Assembly: GCF_031769215.1 (NCBI RefSeq)
Contig: NW_026782216.1
Coordinates: forward strand, 558,001-622,000
Direction of reading: 5' to 3'
Length of the DNA: 64,000 bases
Source: Ylistrum balloti
Lineage: Eukaryota
Shown: positions 42,380 to 56,228 of the stretch, in pieces
Layout of the letters: each line of letters opens with the position of its first letter
Numbering within the stretch: the first letter of the stretch is position 1
Program-made: the position numbers and the translations under genes
The notes under the pieces: model-generated
What the model was told of the DNA's origin: nothing
The model's database searches: none
The model's input: only the letters and a program-made list of their open reading frames with translations

Positions 42380-42689
42380 TGTGATTCGAGTTTTTGTTTG
42401 TTTGCGTGCCGGGTTTGTCGCCCTGTTCACAGCAAGGGGCATTTTGAACAAGAGTACGTTTGAATAGATTGTGACCACAGAACCGATCAGGATAAAGGGG
42501 ATCTGTCGCATGCGATCTAGAGCAATTAGGGTAAAGTGTCTTGCCCAAGGCCAGAACAACGTCAGCACAGACTTTTCCGTTTCTCAACCTCGTAACAAGT
42601 CCAAACCACAAAAGGTAGGAAGCGCCAAACCACGCATTCCGGATCTTCATGGAAGGTCATCGCTCTAACTAACTGGTATATAGTGGCCC
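42380..42689 (-). mobile_element. CORE-SINE
   Basis: agggtaaagtgtcttgcccaagg (42528-42550) is the reverse complement of the CORE domain. tRNA-like head at ~42690-42620 and AAAC-type tail at ~42390-42405. Confidence 0.7.
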
Positions 42690-44449
42690 TGTACTTTAAT
42701 TCTTAATAAAAAACAATAAAACATCATAAATATATTAGATGAAGAACTTGTAATAATGACAACTGCTCCAAATACGATAATTGCCGAGTGAATTGCAAGT
42801 TTTTTTTAGAATAAGTTTTGAAATGTAGAATAGCTAAGTAAGACAACTGTTGAACCATTGATTATATCAGAATGGTATGATACCATCTGAACAAGTTGTA
42901 ACAATTGTATATACGAAACTGTTGGTAGGTCGAGATCATTACATTGATATTGTTGCTCTATGCCAGCTACTTCGCGTGGATGATATGTTCGTTATTTCGC
43001 AGTACATTTTAATGTTCGTGAAAATTTCGTCCGTGAAATAATGAGACAAGTGTAGAAATGGAATATTTTACAAGAAAATCTTGACCTATGAAAATGACCT
43101 GCCAAACAGTATAAAGCATAGATTTTACCTGGAAGTATTTCACATCAACTTTATACTGTCTGAACGGAAAACAGGAACCCAAACAGATAAATAATTAAGT
43201 GAAATCAAAATTTCTATCAAGGTCGCACGGTCTTGCAGCTCATTGAACATCATTGGTGACAGAAAGGAAAAGAAGCAAATAGACAAAGTTTTAATTGTAT
43301 TTATTTTCTTCGCACACTTATCAATTAAATAAATAGATGTGATTGTAAAGATATTCATGTCTACTTGTGGTATATCTGTATATTATACTTTCGCGATGGG
43401 GAAAACAAACTGGTTAAAATACAAAAGGTATATTAAGTTTAACAAATAAAAATTGAAAATAGTTGGGGTTTTTTCTTCACTAATTTCATATATTTAATCT
43501 ATTTTATCAAAGTTCGTGACAATAACGAGATCAGTCACTGGTTAGTTGAATACAGATTTTATACTGCAAACGTTTGTTCTACTTTTCCCGTTATTTCCGC
43601 GGAGAAGATTTGAATATTCCTCAAAAAATATCTTTACTATGAAAATGACAAATAATATACTCTTCTTGCATAAAACTTTTATTAAAATCGCGGAATTCTT
43701 AAAAAAGATAGAGTTTTGAAGTTAATGTATGATTACCACACAGCTGTTTACTTTGTTGTTTAAATAGCAATACACCTTGCCTTGGTTATGTTTATTTACA
43801 AACAGAATGAACCAGTATAGATATAATCTATAAAATAGATTTCGGTGTACGCTTTGAATAAAAAGAAGCGGAACCGAATCACATCATGACAACTTGTCAA
43901 TGGCGCATTGCAATTAGTTCGAATCAAATTAGCAAACATTACATTATCAATTTGCTGGTTCAAAATGGCAGCAAAGTGACACTTGACATATTCTTTGTCT
44001 TATTTGTGTGGGAAATAGAATATATAATCAGCGTTATTGTCAACAAAAAACTTGTTTCTATTATGCCTCATAATCTCTTTTTATTCGTTTTGTGTTTCCT
44101 CTTCCGTCTGTAATGACGTGTTTCCGCGTAAAATTCTACTGGAGGTTTTGTGTTGGCCTGGAGAACTCGCCCTCTGGTAGTTTAGGTTTCATGTATATCT
44201 CACGCAAGATAAATGTGGCCTTCATTATTCACGTTGCCGGATGTGGTACCTTTCCCGATTGTCTCGGGTATATCAAGGTTATCATTGATTTAATGAATTA
44301 CGATAAAATATTAGAAAATCTCAACAAGCACAGGTACTAATTTGCTGTCAAGAATTGTTAAATAAATGGTTATTATCATCAAATGAAATTATTGGTATTA
44401 GATAGTTAAAGATATGAACGCCCACATTGTCTAGAAGCAGCGTTATAAA

Positions 44450-45810
44450 TTGTTTGGATGAATCCGCAGAATCAATATTCGACTTCCGCTCTGATATGGA
44501 AACATACGGGGCTGTCTGGTTCGTCAGGAAACGGAAGTTTGTTGATAAAGTGGTCAGTGGTCAATTAAAGCTAGAATCGAATTACTGAGTAATCATGTGA
44601 ATACAACAAGCAGACGTTCCCAGAATGCACGATATTTTGAGTATTTCCATGACACAACTTTAGTAACACCAAACCATAAATCTGAAATAAAAACAACGTG
44701 TTTAAAGGTTTGACATGTAGTTGTTGTCATCGAAAGATTATATTATTTAACAAGTACAGACTTTCAATTGCCCGATCAACTGATAGCACCATAAACAAAC
44801 CAGACGGCCATTTTGTGATGGAGGAAAGAATGGTTTGCGAGAATTGTTTACACTTGTGCTGATATTGTTCTCAAATGGTAAAATACATTTGAAGCTGACC
44901 ATTAAAAATCACTTTCTCAGGTTATGGTTTGGACGATGATAAAAATGCAAGATCGGGTGGCAGATTTTGGCATGGTTGATATGTTTATCGATTTGCTGGT
45001 AAATGCACAATATGTTTACGTCGATAATATCTTATATGATTAAACACATGGCTTAAAATATACTTGAGAGCAAACAAGCAACAGTTAAGTTTAGTGTATT
45101 GAACATGTTTTTTTTTCTATTGTAGCCTCCTTACGAAAATCGTCGAGAGTGCACCACTTTACAGGCTGCATTTCCTTATCCGATTGCTACGATGCTTCAA
45201 ACACATCGCCATTTGTACAATCTTGCATCTTGCATTTCAACTAGGTCATCATGCCGCCGATCTGTTCGGCTTTCAGCCGGTAACGTGGTAGAGTTCAGAA
45301 AACATGAAAAGAGGAACCGTTCTTAGAAACCACGTGACATGCGTCGAATACTAATTAGTGATTAATCAGTTTTTCTATTCTACTTTACATACGTGTTTGA
45401 TTGTGTTATAACGTCACAATATAAGGCATATATAGAGAGTGAACATGACCTGAAGAATTACATGTACATGGAAAAGCACGTTTTATAGATTTGTTGACCA
45501 TCAGCCAGATAACGGTTATTATGAAATTTGAGTCTGTTAGCATGATGATGATCTCATTCGAGGACAGAGATTCATTCTCGTCAAATTGTAACTAATCAGT
45601 TTTCCTATTCTACGTCACATACTTGTGTTATGGCGAGAATGAATCTGACGATCCTGTGAAGGCATACTATTGTTTATGTCATGCAGCAAAGAGAAGCCCT
45701 GGCATGTGTGCCCACGTTGCATCAGTAATATATTACTTCAGGTATTATGTGCGATTGGAACATCCAAAACCATTGCAACCACACAGTAACAAACTTAAAA
45801 GCTCTATTTT
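44450..45810 (+). pseudogene. Decayed DDE_Tnp_4 (Harbinger/ISL2EU-like) transposase with C-terminal SWIM finger
   Basis: LLTKI-VES (~45140), DNGYYEI..DDDLIRG, IHSRQ, then YYCLCHAAKRSPGMCAHVASVIYY (CxC..CxH, 45671-45715). The N-terminal part is weaker (IKARIELL; ERLYYLT). Confidence 0.6.
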
Positions 45811-47966
45811 ATGAACCAACCTGCCAATGTCTCAATGAAAGAAACTGAAAATAATTACCAGAAATCGTAATTTACAACAGTAATTAATATTTGTGAATTA
45901 TCATAATTTTTGTCTGAAGTATGGCAACAATCATTATTGGAAATTATTTTGGATTATCAATTCAAATCAAAAACACTTTGACAGTGTCGAAACACGGTTG
46001 GGTACACACTTCTTCGTGCAGCTCCTCTTTTGCAAAAATAACCCAGAAAATATCGATTTGTTAACCTAATGTTAATTTAGTCTCAACGTCGACCAAATTA
46101 GGGCAAAATATGAACAAGAGGAAAATGCATACATGGTAAATATACGAGAAAAAAAACTAGATGTTCAAGATGGGTAGACATCATGTAAATCTAATATAAA
46201 TATTCGGGATAACAAAATCAAGGAGGTATTCGGGACAGGAAAACGAGTGTTGGCACGACAGAAGCCTGACAAATCAGCCCTTCGACGTCAGACAGTAGTT
46301 AGAGTGTCGTTTGTCCGTAATGGTGTAGTATTTATGAGTACGTTATTTGTCGTTGTTCGTAAAGACAAACTTTATCGTTTATGAATTTAAAGTATATCGT
46401 TTGTGAGCTATTTGTGTGTGCATATTGTATCGCTAAGATAGTGCATAATTTTGAGTACACACTTGCGTTCATGTCTTGATAAATGCAAAATGTAAACAGC
46501 GATGTATACCACTTTCCTGATATAACAAAATGAGAATTTTTTATTAATTAATTCAAAGTATCTTTTTGTTGTTAAAAAAGGTGTGGTTGCAGCAACTGCT
46601 TGAAGTAACATTGTCTGTTATACACATATCCATTTGAAATTTGCATACAGGAAGGGGTCACAATCGACACTTATCGTTGGAAAAATGTATATAAATCAAT
46701 TTGCATCGATATGTCGACTAGTATTCACGTAAACGCAATACTGAGCACGATTTCAAAATGAATGTACAAACTTTTCCCCTTTGTATCAACGCCATTTTAA
46801 CACTATTTAATCACAGAAACTCAATTCAAGAAACAAATTATTCAACCGCTCCTTTGTATGCCATCGACCTATGACTTGGTGAAAGCGTCTTCGTATGAAC
46901 GTATTTTTTATTTAAAAAAAAAAATGTAATAGACTTTGCATCACATTGAAATTTACTTCTCAGGAAAGATATATTTTTCCTGTATTTGTTGATAAACAAC
47001 ATTTTGTAGCTTTCTTGTGAAGCTAGTCATGCATGGCATTTACCAGAACGAGGTTTCAGCCTTTCTAAATTATCTTTCACGTTTGGTCTGCCTTATGTTT
47101 GGCCTATGTAAACGTTGACCAATATTGAAGTAAGTAAAGTGTTGTCTCAATTTTCATGGCGGTCTGTAATTCTCATGGAGCCAAGAAAATGACCGCTGTG
47201 TGGTGATGTGGCGGTGTCCTTGACAAGATATATTTTTAGCCTAATAGTTCCTAATGGCATGTAAAGGGACTCCCGTATGTTGTTGAATGTGGTAGTCACC
47301 AGCGGTTACAATGACCTTGGATGCCGATGGGGTGATAACCTGAATAAAGCAAAGTATGGCGTTTGCACGCTTCCATTCGTGCTTCATGGACGTGAAAATA
47401 AGTAGGGCAACATTCGTTCACTTAAGACAATTCCATGACGTACCATTAATTCAGATGTTAGATGAAAGTATGTTTTTTCATCAATTTAAGTTTTCATTTC
47501 CTATTACTGTAAAATCAGATATATACTTTGTACAAATTTTTTGTTTTTGTTTTTTATTTAATGGTTCTTTGGCTTGACATGACTGCTTTAATTTGCATAT
47601 CTAATTGTAACACTTCATGGACATACAAACTTATTTACTAAGAGCATCTGAACGACAAATTCACTCCCATGAACATTTCGATTTCGCATTATTCCAAAGT
47701 CTTAAAAGTCGTATAAGGAGGCAGATGGAGAAATGTGTAGGTGATGTGAAAGGAAAACACACGCATCAAGTACCCTACCTTAGGTCTTCAATATACCAAC
47801 TCGTTATCATTTATTACATGATTTTTACATTTAAGGAATCTATGAAATATTGTTATCCTTACCTAGAAGAAGGTCAGTTTGACTGATAATTGTTATACAT
47901 TTACCTACAAATAAAGGCAAATGTCCGTGAAAAAATATATATAGAGGAATGTTCACTGGATAACGA

Positions 47967-49230
47967 CTACCAGGTCATTTATCTCGCCTGCATCAATTAA
48001 TCAGACCATTTATCTCACCAGCAGTAAATAACCAGGTCATTTATCTCGCCTGCATCAATTAATCAGACCATTTATCTCACCAGCAGTAAATAACCAGGTC
48101 ATTTATCTCGCCTGCATCAATTAATCAGACCATTTATCTCACCAGCAGTAAATAACCAGGTCATTTATCTCGCCTGTACTAATCCATCAGACATTTATCT
48201 TGCCTGTACCAATCCATCACACCATTTATATCACCAGTAGTAAATATCCAGGTAATTGATCTCGCCTGTACTAATCCATCAGACCATTTATCTTGCCTGT
48301 ACTAATCCGTCACACCATTTATCTTGTCTGTATCAATCCATCAGACCATTTATTTTGTCTGTATCAATCCATCACACAATTTATTTTGTCTGTATCAATC
48401 CATCACACCATTTATCTCGCCTGTACCAATCCATCAGACCATTTATTTTGTCTGTATCAATCCATCACACCATTTATTTTGTCTGTATCAATCGATCAGG
48501 CCATTTATCTCGCCTGTACTAATCCATCACACCATTTATCTTGCCTGTACCAATCCATCACACCATTTATCTTGTCTGTATCAATCCATCAGACCATTTA
48601 TTTTGTCTGTATCAATCCATCACACAATTTATTTTGTCTGTATCAATCCATCACACCATTCATTTATTCTCTATCAATCCATCACACCATTTATTTTGTC
48701 TGTATCAATCCATCACACCATTTATTTTGTCTGTATCAATCCATCACACCATTTATCTTGTCTGTATTAATCCACCACACCATTTATTTTGTCTGTATCA
48801 ATCGATCAGACCATTTATCTTGCCTGTACTAATCCATCACACCATTTATCTTGTCTGTATCAATCCATCACACCATTTGTTTTGTCTGTATCAATCGATC
48901 AGACCATTTATCTCGCCTGTACTAATCCATCACACAATTTATCTTGCCTGTACCAATCCATCACACCATTTATCTTGCCTGTACCAATCCATCACACCAT
49001 TTATCTCACCAGTAGTAAATATCCAGGTAATTGATCTCGCCTGTACCAATCCATCGAACCATTTATCTTGTCTGTATTAATCCATCACACCATTTATCTT
49101 GCCTGTAGCAATCCATCACACCATTTATCTTGCCTGTAGCAATCCATCACACCATTTGTCTTGCCTGTAGCAATCCATCACACCATTTGTCTTGCCTGTA
49201 GCAAATAACAATATCATTTATCTCACCTGT
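47967..49230. repeat. 31-bp minisatellite (~40 units) with 62-bp higher-order dimers
   Basis: Unit approximately CCATTTATYTYGYCTGTAYYAATCCATCASA. The first ~190 bp are three copies of a 62-bp dimer. Confidence 0.95.
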
Positions 49231-51599
49231 TTTAGTTGACATGCTTTCATTCAAACTCGTTCTCCAGGAGGCATTATCGAGCAGGCATCATGCGATAAAT
49301 TGCAACCTCGATTGCATTATATATTAAGAGGATACAATTAAATTCTGGATACCATTGTGTTGGTCACTGAAATTAATCACAATCTTTTACCTTTGCAACT
49401 ACATTTTGCAGCACGCCGGACCTTGATTAATTAGTAAACAGTTCTATGACTTATTATTGACTAAAATTGTCAGCAAACTTCGAAGATTTTGCCATTACAA
49501 TTGACAGTTCTCATGTTTTCAACAGGTTCGTTTGTCCACGAGAGTCAGGGGATATCTGAATTGAAAAAAATGACAATGTCGGATTGAATCATAAATCCAA
49601 CTGATATTGTTTTAAAGACTGTCGAGTGAAACAATTAAATTTGCTTACGTCATGGGAAAGATAACAGAACAAATTCAATTGGATAATTGGATTTTCTCGT
49701 ATTTTCAGAGATTACATAAAAGCTATCGAATTCGAGTATCTGGTGTTATCATTACTTGCATAAAAAGGGTCACTTATGGCATTTGAGTCCTTACATTTAT
49801 ATCGAATGCATGATATTATCGCCTTGCTGGTGTACATGTTGATAATGTGCTATGAGCAATTACTTTACCTTATCATTGGACTTCCAAAATCATATCAAGC
49901 ATTCAGCGTTAAAATTGATTTTAGCCCAATTGTTCTACTCATGATCTTACACAATTTAACTTAAAACAGTGTTATCAAAATACTCTCAGCATTGTACATT
50001 TAGCATTCTTAGTTAGGTCCTATAGCGAAACAGCTTTGAAAATAACGCTGTTGTAAGAATTCTCCTACCTATAACCTTTAAACTTTATTGATGTTTAATT
50101 ACCCTCTTCGTCAGCCAGTTACATCGATATTAACCTAAATTGTGAACAAAATGATGCAATCAGAATGTCTGTGGTGTCTATCATAACTCTACCATAAGTT
50201 TAAGTAGGAAACTTCTAAATAATGACATGAAAGATAAGCTTTAACCCAGCTATTACACCTTGTACAAATTATTGTTCAGATGTTTATGTTAATATCGTCA
50301 AATTATCTCAGAAACGTACTTGTAGAAACAGAAACCCTGAACTTGAAAGACTTCACGTTCAAAGATTTTAAGCTCTTAATACTCAGAAAAAATTGCCAGT
50401 TTCCCGTTGTTAAGTCAACCTTCTATCAGCATTTTTATCGGAATTATCAAATACAAAATTAAAATCGGATCTATTTCGTTCGATCGGTTCGATTAAACAA
50501 ATCTAGTAGGAAACACAATTGTAACTTGTTTCTTTAGCTACTCACGTCTTGTAGATATAGGTTTATCAAGGTCATGTCATTTTGAAAATGAGCTATCGTA
50601 CTTGATACGATTTCGTGAGTCAAGATTGAAATAAGAACTCCAAGAATATCATAATTACAATGTAAGAACGGTAACTCTGCACGAACAATATGTTGAGGTT
50701 GCACTACACCAACGTACACACAGATAACATTAAATATTCCTGTTATAAAATGGGTAGAGCCCATGGCCTCCTGGTGATGCAGCCAAGATAATATTTAACC
50801 CAAGGTTACATTTGGTTTTAGTTGTACAACTGTAGAGATGCCTTACATTTCAGTACTACCTGTTTTGTACCGCATAATTAAGTATATTGAATAGATATTT
50901 TAAAAATGATGTATACCTATGAAATTAAAGAAATTAATATTTTGATTTTTCAATCTCTTGATGAAACCTGGGGAAATTATAGTTGAGGGTGCATGTAGTT
51001 TCATTCTTGTTGCTAATAAAAAAGGAAATATTATCTTTCATTTCACCAAATGAGACTTAATTAAAGAACGTAATGTAACGTCTAATATTTTCTTTACAAT
51101 GGCAAAACTGACAAATATTTTAATGTTAATGCTGTAGTTGGATTGGTATATGATTTATGTAAAAGATATTTATTTTATTAAGATTGAAACTAAAATAACT
51201 AATATTCTTTCGTTCCTTACACACTCTCTCAACTCCTGTTTTCTGAATGACTTACCATGTATAACCTGACAAGTGTACATGTCTGTAGATACACTGATAG
51301 ACTCACCTGTGTGACCATGTATGACCGGCGTATATTACCCTATCTTAACTCATAAACGACGAAATTTCAATAGAAACATGATACACTAAAGTTTACTGCC
51401 TTACGAAACAAGGTGCAAATTAACTTTCGTATTATTATACATCATCATTCTTCCCCAGCCTCCTGCAAACAAAAATGGAGTCCTGTATTTCCACCCATAT
51501 CTGTAATACAGGCAAAAAATGACTACCATTCATCTTGACCAATCTGAAAAGCAGTAACTAATCAGTTTCAGTTTCAATAAAACTAGGGCAAAAATGAAC

Positions 51600-52130
51600 A
51601 ACTGAAAGATTTAGACGGAGAATTATGAAAAAGAACAAGGATAATAAGACAAGGTGTTCCGGAAGAGTCAGGTTCTGCTGCTTCATCGACGACACCCAGC
51701 ATGTAAATCCATTCTAAGTAAGCAATGTCACGTTTTCATACAAACAATAACAATGTATACAACAATGGAACCAACTGGCAAACTAACAAGCATCAATCAT
51801 ATTCACTTTACATCGCCTAAAGAAATGAAATATATCTCAATTGGATAACTATGTCTACCGTAAGACTTCAACGTCAGTTTCATCAACCGGCATATTTAAA
51901 TATAACAGGAAAACTAACGAGCATCAAACCTGTCAAGTGCAAGTGTTAACACATTTCCTAATGCAATCCCTATGACGACTATAAAACGTCTCCATATGTT
52001 TTTTTTCATCATCCTGATTTTTTTTGAAACTCTGTTATGAGTCTGACGACTTCCTGCACAAAATTTTGATATTGGGATCAGACCATTTAATAACGAACTA
52101 ACTGCGACGTGTTTAGTGTTGCAACACCCT
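51600..52130 (-). mobile_element. Naiad RT C-terminus plus partially duplicated 3' end
   Basis: Minus strand SQLVRY..SQYQNFCARSRQ, FYSRHRD, then 3' UTR (tttgatgctcgttagttt, seen twice) and terminal motif at 51653-51707. Confidence 0.7.
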
Positions 52131-52436
52131 GCATTCCCATAGGTTGTGGGTTATATAAATAATATTTCCATGTCAGTTTTTTCTTTATTTTTGTGTTATT
52201 GAATAGTATACTTTTTTCACAATGGTGTACAATCATTTGATGCTCAACTGGACTATCCCATGTCCCTCGCCTTTTGTGATATGACGTTTACTACCTTAAT
52301 GAATTATCATTTTACGTGTTGCGTTTGATTAATCTGCAAGCATTTAGAAAACTCATCATTGTATCTTCTCCTAAATGTGTACATAATATTCCCATTAACT
52401 CTACTATTGACGTATATAATAGCTTAAAATAATACG

Positions 52437-52695
52437 NNNNNNNNNNNNNNNNNNNNNNNNNNNNNNNNNNNNNNNNNNNNNNNNNNNNNNNNNNNNNNNN
52501 NNNNNNNNNNNNNNNNNNNNNNNNNNNNNNNNNNNNNNNNNNNNNNNNNNNNNNNNNNNNNNNNNNNNNNNNNNNNNNNNNNNNNNNNNNNNNNNNNNNN
52601 NNNNNNNNNNNNNNNNNNNNNNNNNNNNNNNNNNNNNNNNNNNNNNNNNNNNNNNNNNNNNNNNNNNNNNNNNNNNNNNNNNNNNNNNNNNNNNN
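52437..52695. other. Assembly gap (259 N)
   Basis: Run of N. Confidence 1.
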
Positions 52696-52957
52696 GCAAA
52701 TCTGTCAATTATCTTCTTTGGTTATTTGAGTATCTATGGTACCGTTACGTATTCAATTCTTAAATGCGATCAAATTAGAACAAACGGAAATCCTTTGATG
52801 TACAATATACATTGTCACACACAGAACCCAATCCATAGAATTTAAACAAAAATATCTCCATTTCCCGAAGGTGGGATCTCCAGCAATCCTTATTTCCAAT
52901 AGAGGTTAGCCTAAAGGTTTTTTTTTATCTCCCGAGACCATTAAAACGGTTCCCTTA

Positions 52958-53530
52958 GCTTTACATATACTAGTAATCCATATTAATCGATAACGCCCTG
53001 GTCTAGTTAACTAATTACGTTGATTTTCACAAAAGAGATCAAATCTTTAATTATTTTAACGAAATAGGGAAGTTCATAAATGAAATACAAAATACTAAAA
53101 CAATAAGTATACCGCTGACATGATTCACTTTTCAAGCATTTTTTCAGAAAACGTCAATTTTTTTTGTGAACAAATGACATTTTGAATGTCTTCCATTTTC
53201 AGTCCATTCAAAGTTATTTAGCAAATAAACAGCTTTATCTCTTGTGCAAAGTATTGATTTTTGGCTTTGATGTGTATAATTCCAATGACAAATGACATTT
53301 TGAATCTCATCTACATATTAGTATGTAGATAGCGTTATCTCTGACACTTACCCTACCAAAATATCGAAACGTCATTTGTGCAAAGTGTTGATTTTTGGCT
53401 TTGATGTGTATCTCCTCAATGGCTTGTTGAACGATAGTGGACATAGGATATCACCCTGTTACACTCCAAACCTTCATGTACATATGTGTCTTTCCTAATA
53501 TATAACAATCCTTGGCACGCATACTAGTAA
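52958..53530 (+). repeat. Dispersed repeat, copy A (inverted relative to 62053-62410)
   Basis: 53288-53445 equals the reverse complement of ~62138-62295 with one mismatch by my alignment; flanks are more diverged. Internal hairpin ATCTACATA-ttag-TATGTAGAT at 53309-53330. Confidence 0.85.
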
Positions 53531-53849
53531 TGCCGCCATGTCCTTAATTGACTATATCTGCAAATTATAATTAGGAAGTTAATTACAACATGATCGATAA
53601 TTAGTATATGTTATATACAGGATATACCCTAATATCATCATATGTTCTTTTGACATTACTTTCTACATTTACAAGACTAAGATGGAGACTTTAAACGCTT
53701 AATACATAACCGTTATGTGAGGTAGATGTGTAGGTGCGGGTTGTAAAGTTGGCTTTAGGTGAGACATTAAAACCAGCACAATTGGTTGTTTAATGTTTTA
53801 AAAGTAGATGCCAATGCATTTAGTAATGTTCAATAGATTGGTATGTGTG

Positions 53850-55400
53850 TTTTAAGAACTATCAGAAAAGAAAGCAACAGCATGATGGTCAAGACGTTGG
53901 TGTTAATGATGATATGTGGCGAAACATCCCACTATTTTCCACACAGGATTCATTTTATGGCCAGTCTTCCCAGGCAAAATGCACACTGTGTACCTAGAGT
54001 TTTAATCCAAACTCGACCATATTACCCAAGCGCGCAAAACACCAACTCATCTTTCATCACAAGATGTGGTATCCTCGGTTCTCAAGTACTTGTTCACATC
54101 ATCTCACAGGGAAAGATCTTCACCCTAACATTGAAATCCTCACTGATGATGGTAGAGCTACCCTCCAGATCAAAGGAAATCATCAATGATATCACATATG
54201 CTGCCAAAACAGGAGTCTTATTTTACTATGCGTTTCTCCTCCTTAGGTAATGCAGATTGTAAAGCCTGGATTGATTGGAAAAGAGAACAGTTTCTAAAAA
54301 AATCTTTCTTATTGTTTGTCCTCTATTGGCACTGGTATTTACTCTCCAAATCACAAGGATGGAGACGGACATATCATAGAAACAGTGTTTAAGTCTTTTA
54401 AACATGTCAATTTACATCGAAAACATTTCATTCAACACCAAGTTCTCAGAAGCATTTCCTGGTCAGCGGGCGACTGTCATACTTGACGGAACACATATCT
54501 TTATTCCTTTAGAGGTCTGATCAAAATATCTGAAGCCAGAAGAAGATGAACCATTTGAAGTTCATGAGCATAGCCCTGCCTTGTGGTTACATTCTGGACA
54601 CAGTAGGACCTTTTCCTGGAAACGAAAGTTACAAAAGTCATCATGGGTAGAGAAAGATGACAACGTCGTTGTTGATTGAGGGTTTAGGGATAATTTGCCA
54701 GATTAGGAATCACGTGGTTTGACAACAAATATGCCATATTATCTAAAACCTGGACAGACTCAACATACACCTACAAGCTAACTTTAATAGATCCATAACT
54801 AAATATCGATGGGTAGTGGAGTCATATCACGGACGATTCAAGCACTAGCTGTTTTTCAAAACACAATTTGCCTCAAACTGCTTCATTGATGTCATCGAGA
54901 CACTCGTTATAATAGTAACAGCCTGTCTAAATGGAATCCGAGGACCCATATACATGTACGTTAGAACATAAGAGCGAGACGCAAAGGTTAGGGCGCGTGG
55001 TGCCAAAATGAAAGCTCGCCTTAGTGTTCAGAACAATTTAGTTGTACAGTTTCATGACATGTAAAGCATGACAGCTCCAACGCCATTAACCCCATGAAGG
55101 ATTTTTATTGCCAGTGTCCTACTGGACAGAAAAAACAAACATTGGGTATGTACCCATGTACTAGTATGATGTGATATTTAGGATAATACGTACATTTGGC
55201 AACCAGTAAGTATTTGCACCCGAAAGTCAAAAGGTTTAAGGCAAACATCAAGTAATGTAGATTTCACAATCCAACAGTCATCCTCAAGGCATTAGGAATG
55301 CTTGAACTACATTACTTTACTGAAATGGCAAATCAGATTCTAGGACGAAGAAGCCTTATTGGATTCTAGATTAGGTTGTTTAATGTGTAAACCAATTTAA
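53850..55400 (+). pseudogene. Decayed DDE_Tnp_4 (Harbinger/ISL2EU-like) transposase
   Basis: Catalytic motifs TVILDGTHIFI (D at 54485), GYILDTVGPF, DNVVVD*GFRD (D at 54674), MPYYLKPGQTQHT, RSITKYRWVVESYHGRFK (E at 54819), TLGMY. N-terminal CTLC..PKRAK..TCSHH. Several stops and frameshifts. Confidence 0.8.
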
Positions 55401-56228
55401 ACCTAACATTAAGTATTATTATAAGAAGATCGATTCAGCAGTTGTAAGAACGTTTAATTTTTGTGGTTATCAGGGAACATGGCGGCCATTTTTTAGTTAA
55501 AAAATTTCATTTTAGTAGTGTAGGTAACAGTCCCTTTGTATTTTTCAAACCAAGTGTAAACATTTTATTTCAGTTCACTTTACAATACTTCAATTCAAAA
55601 CAGATTTCCCCATTGCTCCTTTTTCCTTAAAACATACATAGTAATATTGTCAATCAATTTAATTACTTTGATCAAAATTCTTCATTACTATATTGGGGGC
55701 AAATTATTTTGTACAGCTCTTTTTAAGTATATGATAACGGATGTATTTCAATAGGAAGTTGTATTTTTGACCTCCAGACAATTTCGCGTAATGTAAAAAT
55801 TGCACGCTCTGTCACAAAATCCATCATATTTTTATCTCCTGATCATAATGTATTTAAAACTGCGACTTCTTGCTTTAATATATATATATATCTAACATCT
55901 TACTATCAGTATGTCCATGTTAGATTTTCTAAAAAATGAAGAAAAGATATTGTAGCATTTCGCCCCAAAACCATTCATTTTTTCATTTTAGGCACGAAAA
56001 GGTCGCATTGTTCTTGTGTATGTGCATGATTGGAGTTACATGCCTATTTGTGAACGTATGACTTCAGATGCTACCAATAGCACATAGAAGCTGTTATATT
56101 TGCTTCTTAGGCCGTATCGAAACCCCGACTTAATTTTCCGTGGCATGTGAGAAACATGTGATATGTGGTTGCGATTGACAACAACTGTTCAAAACGTTTC
56201 TATAAATTCGTCCGACGGAAAGTTCAGT

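Noticed and set aside
48256-49080. Overlapping 81-179 aa ORFs
   Set aside because: Artefacts of a stop-poor 31-bp repeat; the unit length shifts frame every copy.
52424-52708. 94-aa ORF
   Set aside because: Spans the N gap.
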